From: a bacterium
GTDB lineage: Bacteria; UBA8248
Length of the DNA stretch: 64,000 nucleotides
Direction: 5' to 3'
Assembly: GCA_965221165.1 (NCBI GenBank)
Contig: CBDCRP010000003.1
Coordinates: forward strand, 832,001 to 896,000
Part shown: piece after piece, positions 53,712 through 63,057 of the stretch
How positions within the stretch are numbered: the first letter of the stretch is position 1
How the letters are laid out: each line of letters opens with the position of its first letter
Translations under genes and position numbers: made by a program
Notes under the pieces: generated by a model
Seen by the model: the letters and a program-made list of their open reading frames with translations, nothing else
Told to the model about the DNA's origin: nothing
The model's database searches: none

Positions 53712-54614
53712 TCACTCGACGCGGGAGGCCGCGCTCAAATCCTCGAACATCTCATAGGCCGCGTCGGGGCTTGAGTCCTCATGCACGACGGCGCGCACCG
53801 CCTGGATCATCGCGACGGGGTGCGCGCTCTGGAAGATGTTCCGGCCCATGTCCACACCCGCAGCACCCTCATCAATCGCCCGGCGGCAAAACGCGAGCGC
53901 CTCGCGCTCGGGAACCTTCCTGCCTCCCGCGATGACGATGGGCGCGAAACAACCGCGCACCACGCGCTCGAACCCATCGCAGTAATACGTCTTCACGACG
54001 TCCGCTCCGTGTTCCGCCGCGATGCGCGTGGCCAGCCCCAGATAGCGCGCGTCGCGCGTCATCTCCTTGCCCACCGCGGTGATGCCCAAGACAATCAAAT
54101 CGTGCTTGCGCCCCTCATCGCTCATGCGGGCGAGGTTCAGGATGGATTCTTTCTGGTAGCGCGCGCCCACGTAAATCGACACCGAAACGCCCGCCACGCC
54201 CAGGCGCGCCGACTCCGCCGCCGAGACGGTGATGGACTCGTTCGAGAGTTCGCGGTTCACGATTTCATCGGCGATGCGTTCTCTCAAGGCTTCGCGTTCC
54301 GCTCCATCCTCTACCCCCGCCCCCCGGATGCTGAGCTCGCGCTCCAACTCCACCGGGTCGGAATAGACGATGGCGTTTCCCCCCGAGGCCCTGAGAATCA
54401 CCGGCGTTTTGCTCTCAGGCGGCATACAATGCAGGAAAACACCCTTCGTGGGACTCATCGCGTCGCAATAGGGCAAGAGGGGTTCGATGGTCTTTCCGGG
54501 TTCTTCGAGACCCGAGGTCGGTCCCTGAAAATAGCCGTGGTCCACCGCCAGCATGACGATGCGCCCCGTCTTCTCGTTCATGATCTTTTTTGTGTGCTCA
54601 GACATCGCTTCCAT
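53712..54614 (-). CDS. lsrF: LsrF-like thiolase / class I aldolase
   Basis: A.DHGYFQGP, ILRASG, ELSNE, VKTYY, IVIAGG.K and GVDMGRNIFQ motifs. Confidence 0.82.
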   Translation of the reverse strand: MEAMSEHTKKIMNEKTGRIVMLAVDHGYFQGPTSGLEEPGKTIEPLLPYCDAMSPTKGVFLHCMPPESKTPVILRASGGNAIVYSDPVELERELSIRGAGVEDGAEREALRERIADEIVNRELSNESITVSAAESARLGVAGVSVSIYVGARYQKESILNLARMSDEGRKHDLIVLGITAVGKEMTRDARYLGLATRIAAEHGADVVKTYYCDGFERVVRGCFAPIVIAGGRKVPEREALAFCRRAIDEGAAGVDMGRNIFQSAHPVAMIQAVRAVVHEDSSPDAAYEMFEDLSAASRVE

Positions 54615-54688
54615 CCTCAGAGGGCGGAGCGGGCCGAGCCGCCGCCAGATATATGCGGGTGACGAGATTCATTTCACATTCGGACATT

Positions 54689-55669
54689 CTATGAATTCTC
54701 CGGCGGCAGGGGCGGGCCGCCCTTGTAGAAGACGCGCCCCATGGTGTGGTTTCTGGCCGTAAAATCCTCTTCACTTCTGTCTTCGGCCACAGCGCGCTTC
54801 AGCAGGTTGAACTTGGCGTCTATGTCGTCCGCGTAGTGGAGCAGGAGCGCCTCCGCCGACATGGGAACTTTAACGGTTCCCCAGTCGGGCTGTCCCTGAT
54901 GCGAGAGGATGAGGTGCTCCAGATGCAGCAGGAAATCCTCGGGCAAAGCCTCTCCCTCGGGGAAAACACCCTCGCGCCGCGCCCAGTCGCGGGCGATGTC
55001 ACGCCCCAGCACGATGTGGCCGACCAAGCGGCCCGCGGCAGTGTAGTGCGTCGCACCCTCGGTGGAGAGTTCTTCGAGCTTACCGATGTCGTGCAAGAGC
55101 GCGCCCGCGACGAGGAGGTCTTTCGAGACGTCGTATTTATCCGCCAGATAAAGGCACGTTTTCGTGACTGACAAGGTGTGCTCGAGCAGTCCGCCGAGAT
55201 AAGGATGGTGAATGCGCTGGGCGGCGGGCCACTCGCGGAATTTCTCTTCATAGGCGTTCAGTATCGCGGTGAGATAGGCGGCCACGAGCGGGTGGCAGCC
55301 GCCCGCGATGCGCTTCGCCTCCTCCCACATCACGTCGATATCGTAAGGCGTGCGCTGCACGTAGTCCTCGGGCTTAAAGCCGCTCTCGTAGTCCTGCTCG
55401 TTCACCCGGCGGACGCGCTCCACCCGAAGCTGCAAGCGGCCCTGGTAGTTCTCCGCCATGGCCCGCACCTTGATGAAATCGCCCGCCTCGAGTTCTCCCT
55501 CCACCTGCGTGGCGGGCTCCCAGACCTTGGCGGGAACGTCACCCGTTCCGTCTTCCAACATTAAATCGAGATATTCCCTGCCCGCCCGGCTCTGGCGCGC
55601 CTCGTATTCCCTGATCCTGAAAAAAGAATCGAACCGCTCGCCCTCTTTCAGCGCCGCCACCTTCGTCAC
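54689..55669 (-). CDS. yhaM: OB-fold + HD-domain 3'-5' exoribonuclease (YhaM/Cbf1-like)
   Basis: YL.L.L.D.TG...AK.W OB-fold; HH.Y.GGLLEH, LLHDIGK, GHI..G and H.ILSH motifs; GTG start 55669. Confidence 0.85.
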   Translation of the reverse strand: MTKVAALKEGERFDSFFRIREYEARQSRAGREYLDLMLEDGTGDVPAKVWEPATQVEGELEAGDFIKVRAMAENYQGRLQLRVERVRRVNEQDYESGFKPEDYVQRTPYDIDVMWEEAKRIAGGCHPLVAAYLTAILNAYEEKFREWPAAQRIHHPYLGGLLEHTLSVTKTCLYLADKYDVSKDLLVAGALLHDIGKLEELSTEGATHYTAAGRLVGHIVLGRDIARDWARREGVFPEGEALPEDFLLHLEHLILSHQGQPDWGTVKVPMSAEALLLHYADDIDAKFNLLKRAVAEDRSEEDFTARNHTMGRVFYKGGPPLPPENS

Positions 55670-55792
55670 GAACCCACTCCTGAACGAGAAAATGAAACCG
55701 CGATGCGAATCGCCATTGTAGGGGGAAGGTGGTGCGAATCGCAATGAAAGAGCTTTCATATAGGCGGGCTGCGTGGAGGAATCGAATCTCCC

Positions 55793-55910
55793 GCAGGGGC
55801 GGACCTATTTGTCCGCCCCACAGTTCGCGAACCGCCCCTACAAAGACACAATGCCCCTTCATCGGTCGACAAACAGAACACCGTCATCCCGGCGAACCCG
55901 GCGTCAGAGA
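55793..55910. repeat. REP-like palindrome cluster A
   Basis: GCAGGGGCGGAC-ctattt-GTCCGCCCC hairpin, ACCGCCCCTAC, then GTCATCCCGGCG. Confidence 0.5.
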
Positions 55911-56015
55911 AAAAAGGGACGCATATATGGTCGACCTTTCGGTCGTCACCTACAACCACCACCTAAATCAGGCAATCCGTCTCACTCTTTCTTGCAGGGG
56001 CCTCGCTCACACGGG

Positions 56016-56234
56016 TCACGGCCGGTGTTTACCCAGTGAATCTCGCCCGATTCGCGCTTCAACCCCTTGGGCGTCGCGCCGGTTCTGGCCGCTTCCTTTA
56101 TTCGCCGCGGCGATTTCGGCTGTTTCTTTCGCTCGTTGCCGCGCGCGTTTGGCTGCCCGGCGCATCGCGACATCAGAACCTACGAAGTCCGGGTCGCGAG
56201 GCTTTAGCGTCAGGTTTTGTTTCCGTGAATTCAT
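56016..56234 (-). CDS. Small basic hypothetical protein coupled to the zeta-like ATPase
   Basis: ATGA overlap with the upstream gene; A.RRAA.RAR helix. Confidence 0.6.
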   Translation of the reverse strand: MNSRKQNLTLKPRDPDFVGSDVAMRRAAKRARQRAKETAEIAAANKGSGQNRRDAQGVEARIGRDSLGKHRP

Positions 56235-56761
56235 TCACTCGACTCCTCTACCAGCAATTTCGGCTCATCGCCCGAATTATCGTACAAAATCCATCCATCG
56301 ACCAGGTTCCGATAGATTTGCTCGAAATTGCTCCAGCCAGCGTCGAACCGTCTTCGGATCACCGACTCCGGCACGTCGTGTCCTCCTTCCAGAACACGCT
56401 GCGCGACGCGCCCGATCGCCATTTCGGGCGTCGGCAGTTGCAAGAAAAACAGCTTGACCCGGTAGCCCTGCTCCCGCCAGCAGGGAATATGGCGCACATA
56501 ACTCCGCCCGCTCAAAGTCGTTTCGAAGGCGAAACTCTCTCCTCGCAGCGCGTGTTCGCGGATTTGCTCCAACATCAACCTACCGGCCTGAAAGCCGACC
56601 AGATGAGGATCGGAAGGGTTCAGCTCCGCCGCGATGACATCGGCGTTGATGAAAAGCGGGCAATCCGCCTCGTTCGGCAGAAATCCCGTGGCGAACGTCG
56701 TCTTCCCGGCGCCATTCAGCCCGGCAATAATGAATATCCTCTTCTCGGTCTCATCCGCCAC
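56231..56761 (-). CDS. Zeta-toxin-like / AAA family P-loop protein
   Basis: IIAG.NGAGKTT, FINAD.IA, SFAFETTLSG, RV..GGHDVP...I.RR and DNS motifs. Confidence 0.85.
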   Translation of the reverse strand: MADETEKRIFIIAGLNGAGKTTFATGFLPNEADCPLFINADVIAAELNPSDPHLVGFQAGRLMLEQIREHALRGESFAFETTLSGRSYVRHIPCWREQGYRVKLFFLQLPTPEMAIGRVAQRVLEGGHDVPESVIRRRFDAGWSNFEQIYRNLVDGWILYDNSGDEPKLLVEESSE

Positions 56762-57030
56762 GGGTAGCCTGCATCTTTTCAAGTTGCTTCATGCGCCGCG
56801 TCTATTTTTCTACCCTGCCTATTCCCGCCATGCGCCACCCGACATGCAAGGTCGGACCAAAGCGCATCGGCTCACCCTGTGGTATATATAAGCGCCGATG
56901 GGACGGGAAGGCTTCATGCGCCCCGCCTCGCCATCAATAACAACGCGCGGGGTTCATGGCGCGGAATTATGGGACCATGAAAACGCGTAAGATTTCGGGG
57001 TTGTCCCCATATGGAGCGAATGAGGCGACG

Positions 57031-57534
57031 ATGAAAAAAACGGTTTCCTTTCTGTGCGCGCTTGCGCTCGCCGTCATCATGAGTTGGCCCCTGCCCGTCC
57101 AGGGGGAAGCGCCCCGAAGACGCCTCACCGCGCGCGTCACCAAGGTGTACGACGGAGCGAGCTTTCAACTGGGCGGCGGCCTGCGCTCCGCCCTCATCGG
57201 CGTGGCCGCCCCCGCGCCCGGCGCGCCCGGCGCGAGCCAGGCCCATGCCTACCTGAAACGTCTCATCGAGAACAGGACCGTGAGCCTCGAAATCGACGAA
57301 AAACCCGTGGACGCCTACGGACAGACCCTTTATTACGTTTTCGTGGAAGAAGGCGGGCACGTGAACGTGCTCATGGTGCTCCGGGGTCTGGGCCGCGCCC
57401 TCGTGAAACACCCCAACGTGCGCTACCGCAAGGAACTGATAGAAGCGGAAAACCTCGCCAAGAGATACCGCCGGGGCGTCTGGGGAAACGAATTCGACCC
57501 GCGCGACCCGGTGGACCGCCCCCTCGGCCGCTGA
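57031..57534 (+). CDS. Secreted thermonuclease (SNase)-like protein with degenerate active site
   Basis: Signal peptide; SNase fold hallmarks (V..V.DG, LIG..AP, D.YG..L.YV, N..MV..G, AE..AK..RRGVW). Confidence 0.8.
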   Translation: MKKTVSFLCALALAVIMSWPLPVQGEAPRRRLTARVTKVYDGASFQLGGGLRSALIGVAAPAPGAPGASQAHAYLKRLIENRTVSLEIDEKPVDAYGQTLYYVFVEEGGHVNVLMVLRGLGRALVKHPNVRYRKELIEAENLAKRYRRGVWGNEFDPRDPVDRPLGR

Positions 57535-57610
57535 AATTTCATACGGGCAAGCTCAGTAAGACAACCAAATCTCTCGTAGCCGTTTCATAAGGGAGGGCTT
57601 GGGAGAAGAA

Positions 57611-57745
57611 GCAGGGGCGGGCACATGGGTGGCGAACATGTATGTTCGACCCTACGAAGCATCACACCCTCGACCTTGCATTTCACCACCTCGCCGTTGC
57701 GGTGTCATTCCCTCCCTGGTCGGGTTTGATGCCGGAATGACGACG
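57611..57745. repeat. REP-like palindrome cluster B
   Basis: GCAGGGGCGG...CGAACAT/ATGTTCG...CCCTAC and GTCATTCC...GGAATGAC inverted repeats. Confidence 0.5.
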
Positions 57746-57967
57746 AACCTAGAGTCTTCAGGGTCAGATCGCGGCCTGTCCCTACTTTTTTAACGTCGGC
57801 GCACTTGGGAAGATGCAGCCACCGCCGCGTGGGGGATCCCACACTGGCGGAGTCACGGGAAAAACCGAATCTTTCGTATTTCCCGGCAGCAACGGCCGCT
57901 CGGCCGGCAAGCCCTTCCTCATCGGTCGGGTTTGAACTCGCATTTACCCCCTACTCCTCACCGCCTT

Positions 57968-58735
57968 CTATTTCTCCTTTGGCGCGCCGCCCGCGTCCGC
58001 CTCGACGAAGGGCCTGAGCAGGTCGAGCGGCAAGGGGAAGACGATGGTGGAGTTGTTCTCTGTCGCCACTTCGGAGAGGGTTTGCAGGAACCTCAACTGA
58101 AGCGCGCCCGGGGCCGTGGAGATGGTGGCGGCAGCCTCGGCCAGCCGCTCGCTCGCCTGGTATTCGCCCTCCGCGTGGATGACCTTGGCGCGGCGCTCGC
58201 GCTCGGCTTCCGCCTGGCGGGCGATGGCGCGCTGCATCTCGTTGGGAAGGTCCACGTGCTTGAGTTCCACGTTGGTGACCTTGATGCCCCAGGGGTCGGT
58301 GGCGTGATCGAGAAGCTCCTGGAGCTGGGAGTTGATTTTCTCGCGTTCGGAAAGAAGATCGTCCAAATCCATCTGTCCCAGTACGCTCCTGAGCGTCGTC
58401 TGGCTCAACTGGCCCGTGGCGTAGAGGAAATCCTCCACCTCGATGATCGCGCGCTCGGGGTTCAGCACGCGGAAGTAGACCACGGCGTTCACCTTCACCG
58501 ACACGTTGTCTTTCGTGACGATATCCTGCGGCGGCACGTCCATCGTCACCAGCCGCAGGCCCACGCGAGTCATGCGGTCGATTACCGGAAGCACGATGAT
58601 GAGGCCGGGCCCCTTGGTGGAAAGGAAGCGCCCCAGCCGGAAGATGACGCCGCGCTCGTATTCGTTCAGGACGCGGATGGCGCTCACGAAGAACAACAAG
58701 ATGATGATAGCGCCGATGATTAAGCTCCAATTCAT
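57968..58735 (-). CDS. SPFH/stomatin-like (slipin) protein
   Basis: [40 protein letters not shown] and [11 protein letters not shown] motifs. Confidence 0.93.
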   Translation of the reverse strand: MNWSLIIGAIIILLFFVSAIRVLNEYERGVIFRLGRFLSTKGPGLIIVLPVIDRMTRVGLRLVTMDVPPQDIVTKDNVSVKVNAVVYFRVLNPERAIIEVEDFLYATGQLSQTTLRSVLGQMDLDDLLSEREKINSQLQELLDHATDPWGIKVTNVELKHVDLPNEMQRAIARQAEAERERRAKVIHAEGEYQASERLAEAAATISTAPGALQLRFLQTLSEVATENNSTIVFPLPLDLLRPFVEADAGGAPKEK

Positions 58736-60064
58736 TTACCCACCCTCCTTCTCTACGCGGAGCCTGAGGCCATCCACCGACACCACGCGGACTTTGTCGC
58801 CGATTTCCAGGGGATCATGAGAATCCGCCTGCCATATCTCGCCGTGCACCCGAACCTGGGCCGGCGACCCTAGCCTGGGCGAGGCGCTGACGATGCCGGA
58901 TTCGTCGAGCATTCCTTCCGAGCCCGAGACCGGCCGCACCCGCTGGGCGCGAAAGCCCATTCCCACGAGCCAGACGAAAAACATGGCCGTTCCGGCAACC
59001 GCGGGCAGAATCACTTTCAGGCTGATTTGCAGGTAGGGGTCCGGAGAATCGATGAGCATGACCGAGCCGAGCGTCATGGCGATGATTCCGCCGATGGTGA
59101 GCCCTCCATAGCTCACCACCTTGATTTCCAGGAGAAACATGATGATGGCGAGCCCCATCAAAAGAAGACCCACATAGTTCACCGGCAAGACTTTCAAAGC
59201 GTAGAGCGCCAGGAGGAGGCTGATGGCGCCCACCACGCCGGGAAGAATGGAGCCTGGATTCGAGAGTTCGAAGAACAGCCCGTACATGCCCAAAAGCATC
59301 AAGATGTAGGCGATATTGGGGTCGCTCAAGAGGGTGAGCACCTTTTGGCGCCAGCTTCGCTCGAGCACGATTTGCGCAGCGCCCCTCGTCGACAGTGTGA
59401 CGGTGGCCCCGCTGGCGAGCTTTATTTTTTTGCCGTGAACCGCCAGGAGAAGGGATTTGACGTCCGCAGCCACCAAGTCGATTACTTTTTGCTTCAGGGC
59501 CTCCGCCTCATCCACGGATATCGCCTCGCGAACCGCACTCTCCGCCCATTCGGTGTTGCGTCCCGTGCGAGAGGCCACCGCCCGCGCAAAAGCGGCTACA
59601 TCGTTCATCGCCTTTTTGCGCATATCTCCCTGAATCTGCTTCCCTCCACCCGAAACGGGCGAGGCTGCGCCGATGTTCGTTCCCGGCGCCATGGCGGCGA
59701 TGTGAGCCGACATCGTGATGAACGTACCGGCGGATGCGGCTCTCGCCCCTCCCGGAGCGACATATACGGCCACGGGGACGCTCGAACCGAAAATCGATTT
59801 CACGATATCTCGTGTGCTGGTAACCAGACCACCAGGGGTATCAAGACGGATGACGAGAAGCTGCGCCTGTTTTCGGGCGGCTTCTTCGATGCCGAACGCG
59901 ATGTACTCGGAAGTGCCGGGAGATATGGCGTCGGCCACGTCCAACACCACGACGGGAGGCGTCTTTTGCGCGGCGGTGGCGTGGTAGAGGGTCAGCATCG
60001 CACCCATAGACACCAGGGAGATCAAAACCGCCAAATGGATTTTTTTCTGGAATTTCCTCCGCAT
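58736..60064 (-). CDS. nfeD: NfeD family membrane-bound serine protease
   Basis: LDTPGGL, A.AASAG.FI, TNIGAA.PV, TM block and GE.W.A C-terminal OB domain; paired with slipin; start uncertain. Confidence 0.9.
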   Translation of the reverse strand: MRRKFQKKIHLAVLISLVSMGAMLTLYHATAAQKTPPVVVLDVADAISPGTSEYIAFGIEEAARKQAQLLVIRLDTPGGLVTSTRDIVKSIFGSSVPVAVYVAPGGARAASAGTFITMSAHIAAMAPGTNIGAASPVSGGGKQIQGDMRKKAMNDVAAFARAVASRTGRNTEWAESAVREAISVDEAEALKQKVIDLVAADVKSLLLAVHGKKIKLASGATVTLSTRGAAQIVLERSWRQKVLTLLSDPNIAYILMLLGMYGLFFELSNPGSILPGVVGAISLLLALYALKVLPVNYVGLLLMGLAIIMFLLEIKVVSYGGLTIGGIIAMTLGSVMLIDSPDPYLQISLKVILPAVAGTAMFFVWLVGMGFRAQRVRPVSGSEGMLDESGIVSASPRLGSPAQVRVHGEIWQADSHDPLEIGDKVRVVSVDGLRLRVEKEGG

Positions 60065-60146
60065 GCCATCCCTCAAAAGCGCCAAGACCAATTGCTCCAT
60101 CTTAACACAAAGGAGAACATTTTATTTCTCGCCTCAAACGGGTCTC

Positions 60147-61484
60147 CTAAACATCCAAGTCGAGCAATACCTCGTCCACGATGCCCACGGCCGTATCCAC
60201 TTGCTCCTCGTCGATAATCAGAGGAGGCAAAAACGCCAGAACATTCCCGTGGTGTCCTCCCGGATAGATGAGAAGACCTTTTTTCAAGGCCATATCACTC
60301 GCCTTTTTGGCGACGCCCAAAGGTTCGCGCGTCGTCCGATCGGAAACCAGTTCGGCCGCTATCATCAACCCGCGCCCACGGACTTCACCAACGATGGAAT
60401 GGCGTTCTGACAGCTCCTCCAACCCTCGCAAGAAATAAGCACCCATCTCCAGGGAACGATCGGCGAGTTTTTCCTCCTCATACACCTCCATGGAAGCCAA
60501 ACCGGCGGCGCATGCCATGACGTTTCCCGCGTAGGTGCTGCTTTCGGTTCCAGGACTTGAAGCATCGGCTATATCTTTTTTCGCAACGCAGGCAGCGAGG
60601 GGAAGCCCTCCCGAAATCGACTTTCCCATCACGACCAGATCGGGCTCGATATCTTCATACTGGTAGGCGAACATTTTTCCCGTCCGGCAAAATCCGCTCA
60701 TCACCTCATCGATAATGAGCAAAACCCCGTGACGATCGCATATCTCTCGAAGCGCTTTCAAAAACCCTATGGGGGCCGGAATCATGCCGCCGTTTCCCTG
60801 AACCGGCTCGATGATGATGGCCGCCACATCGCCCCAGCCGCTTACCGGATTATCGAGAAATTCATTGATGTAGCGAATCGTCCCCTCCGCGCATTTTTCC
60901 GCTCCATCACCGAAAGGGTTTCGATAAGGATAGGGATAGGGAACGTGATGAACCCCCGGAACGAGCGTTCCCAGTCCTTCACGCTGGTTCTTTCTGCCCA
61001 TCAGGGCCACGGCGCCCAAGGTTCTGCCGTGGAACGCGCCCGTAAAGCCGACGATTTCACCGCGCCCCGTCGCCCGGCGGGCCATCTTGAGAGCGGTTTC
61101 CGCCGCTTCACTGCCCGATGAGCCGAGAATCATGCTCTTGGGGGTCGCGCCCGTATGCAACGAGAGAACTTTTTCAAGAAATTCGTTTCTCACCCTCGAG
61201 CCCAGCGACATGGCTTGATGCACCTGTTCCGCTTGTTTTTTCATCGCCGAGACAACCCTGGGATGACAATGACCGGCATTCAGTGAACCAAAACCCGCGA
61301 CAAAGTCCAAAAACAAATTGCCATCAATATCCTCGATAACCGCCCCTTGCGCGCGTTCGACAACAACGGTTTCGGGACTCATCCCGAAGCTGAGGGCCGC
61401 GCGGCTCTCCGTGTTCCTGAGGCGTTCAAGTTCTTTTCGGGTTTTGGGACCGGGATGTGAAACCAGAAAATTCGGTGCTTTCAA
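60147..61484 (-). CDS. Class III PLP-dependent aminotransferase (GabT-like)
   Basis: D.DGN.FLDF, SGSEA.E.ALK, AFHGRT, EPVQG.GG, DEV.SGF.RTG and MGKS..GG motifs. Confidence 0.92.
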   Translation of the reverse strand: MKAPNFLVSHPGPKTRKELERLRNTESRAALSFGMSPETVVVERAQGAVIEDIDGNLFLDFVAGFGSLNAGHCHPRVVSAMKKQAEQVHQAMSLGSRVRNEFLEKVLSLHTGATPKSMILGSSGSEAAETALKMARRATGRGEIVGFTGAFHGRTLGAVALMGRKNQREGLGTLVPGVHHVPYPYPYRNPFGDGAEKCAEGTIRYINEFLDNPVSGWGDVAAIIIEPVQGNGGMIPAPIGFLKALREICDRHGVLLIIDEVMSGFCRTGKMFAYQYEDIEPDLVVMGKSISGGLPLAACVAKKDIADASSPGTESSTYAGNVMACAAGLASMEVYEEEKLADRSLEMGAYFLRGLEELSERHSIVGEVRGRGLMIAAELVSDRTTREPLGVAKKASDMALKKGLLIYPGGHHGNVLAFLPPLIIDEEQVDTAVGIVDEVLLDLDV

Positions 61485-61671
61485 TGGAAACCCTCCTCGT
61501 TATTCACCAATACCTCTATCATATTCTAAAAAGCATGGGGAACAACTCCGTTCATTCGGGGAAACTGCGTCCTGAGCGCGTGTCTTTCTTACCTTAATGT
61601 TATAGGATGCGCGCCAAGCGAAAATTACGCACACTTAGAAACCACCCGCGCTTGAAAACATCGAGGTATCT

Positions 61672-62925
61672 GTGAGCCAAACCGCTTCCCCGAAAAGAAT
61701 ATATTACGGCTGGTACATTCTTGCCGGGTGTTTCACGATGATGTTTTTGGGCTTGGCGACCAGAAATTCCTTCGGCCTCTTCCTGAAACCGATGATCGAA
61801 GATTTCAAGATCAGCCGCGCCGCGTTGTCACTCCCCTTTTCTCTTTGCCTGATTCTCTACGGCGCATCCCAGCCGTTGGGCGGACTCATGATGCGCCGCT
61901 GGGACCCCAAAACGATCATCATCTGGGGGTCGGCGCTGACGACCATCGCCATGCTGGGAATCAACCAGGTCGACTCTCTGTGGGGCGTGTATCTGTTTTT
62001 CGGCATCCTGCTGGGCATAGGAGGAATCGGCAACAGCGTGACCGCCTTTACGCCGCTGGTGTCCAACTGGTTCCCGGACAGGCGGGGCCTGGGCATGTCG
62101 ATCGTGAGCGCCGGCTCGAGCATGGGCCAACTCATGCTGCTTCCTTTCTTCGCGTATCTGATGGGTTTTCTGGACTGGAGAACGACTTCGCTCACCATCG
62201 GCATCATTTTCATATTCACCTTGATGCCCATTTCGATTTTCGTTGTCAGAAATTCTCCAAGAGCCGGGGAGAGCCTCCAGAGTGGGACGACTTCCGGCGG
62301 CAACATCAAAATGGTCGTTCCCTACGATTTGCCCTGGGTGCAGTGTCTTCACAAGATGCCGTTCCTGCTTTTGCTTACGAGCTTTTTCACCTGCGGCTTC
62401 ACCGTAACCGTCGTTTCCGTTCACTGGATCCCGTTTGCGACGGACGTAGGCTTCTCCGCGGCTGTTGCAGCCACTTCATTCGCCCTGGGGGGTGGCCTCA
62501 ATACCGTTGGCGTTCTGGCCGTTGGCCCCCTGTCGGATAAAATCGGCAGGAAAATCCCCTTAAGCGTGGTTTACGCCTTCAGGGGTCTTGGATTTGTCCT
62601 GTTCATTTTCTTCAAGAACGATTTCACCGTCTGGGCCACGCCCATGATTATTGGTCTTTCCTGGATAGCGACCGTCCCGCTCACTTCGGCACTGACGGGA
62701 GATTTCTTCGGCTCGAGAAACGTAGCGATTCTGTTCGGACTCATCACGTTCAGTCATCAACTCGGTTCGGGCCTGAGCGCCTGGTTGAGCGGATACATCT
62801 ATGACGTAACGGGCAGCTATAACCTCGCATTTGCGCTGGCCGCCTACCTTTGCCTTCAGGCGGCGGTGATAGTCACTTTCATCAATGAAAAAGAGGTCCG
62901 CATTACCCAGGTTGCTACAACATAA
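61672..62925 (+). CDS. MFS transporter
   Basis: About 12 hydrophobic segments; YYGW, WF..RRGL..S and G.LSDKIGR motifs. Confidence 0.9.
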   Translation: MSQTASPKRIYYGWYILAGCFTMMFLGLATRNSFGLFLKPMIEDFKISRAALSLPFSLCLILYGASQPLGGLMMRRWDPKTIIIWGSALTTIAMLGINQVDSLWGVYLFFGILLGIGGIGNSVTAFTPLVSNWFPDRRGLGMSIVSAGSSMGQLMLLPFFAYLMGFLDWRTTSLTIGIIFIFTLMPISIFVVRNSPRAGESLQSGTTSGGNIKMVVPYDLPWVQCLHKMPFLLLLTSFFTCGFTVTVVSVHWIPFATDVGFSAAVAATSFALGGGLNTVGVLAVGPLSDKIGRKIPLSVVYAFRGLGFVLFIFFKNDFTVWATPMIIGLSWIATVPLTSALTGDFFGSRNVAILFGLITFSHQLGSGLSAWLSGYIYDVTGSYNLAFALAAYLCLQAAVIVTFINEKEVRITQVATT

Positions 62926-63057
62926 TTCCACATGAATGGAATTCAGAAACCGCACGCCACGAAATAAATATGCCGATTTGCCACCTGGAGTCGCCTCTGC
63001 AATAATTCCATCCCTATCGGGCGAGGCCAAGCTTCGCCTTTTACTTTTGGTGATGAT

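Noticed and set aside
57777-57943. Short minus-strand ORF and hairpins downstream of the slipin gene
   Set aside because: Pro-rich, featureless translation and short GC-rich stems; insufficient support
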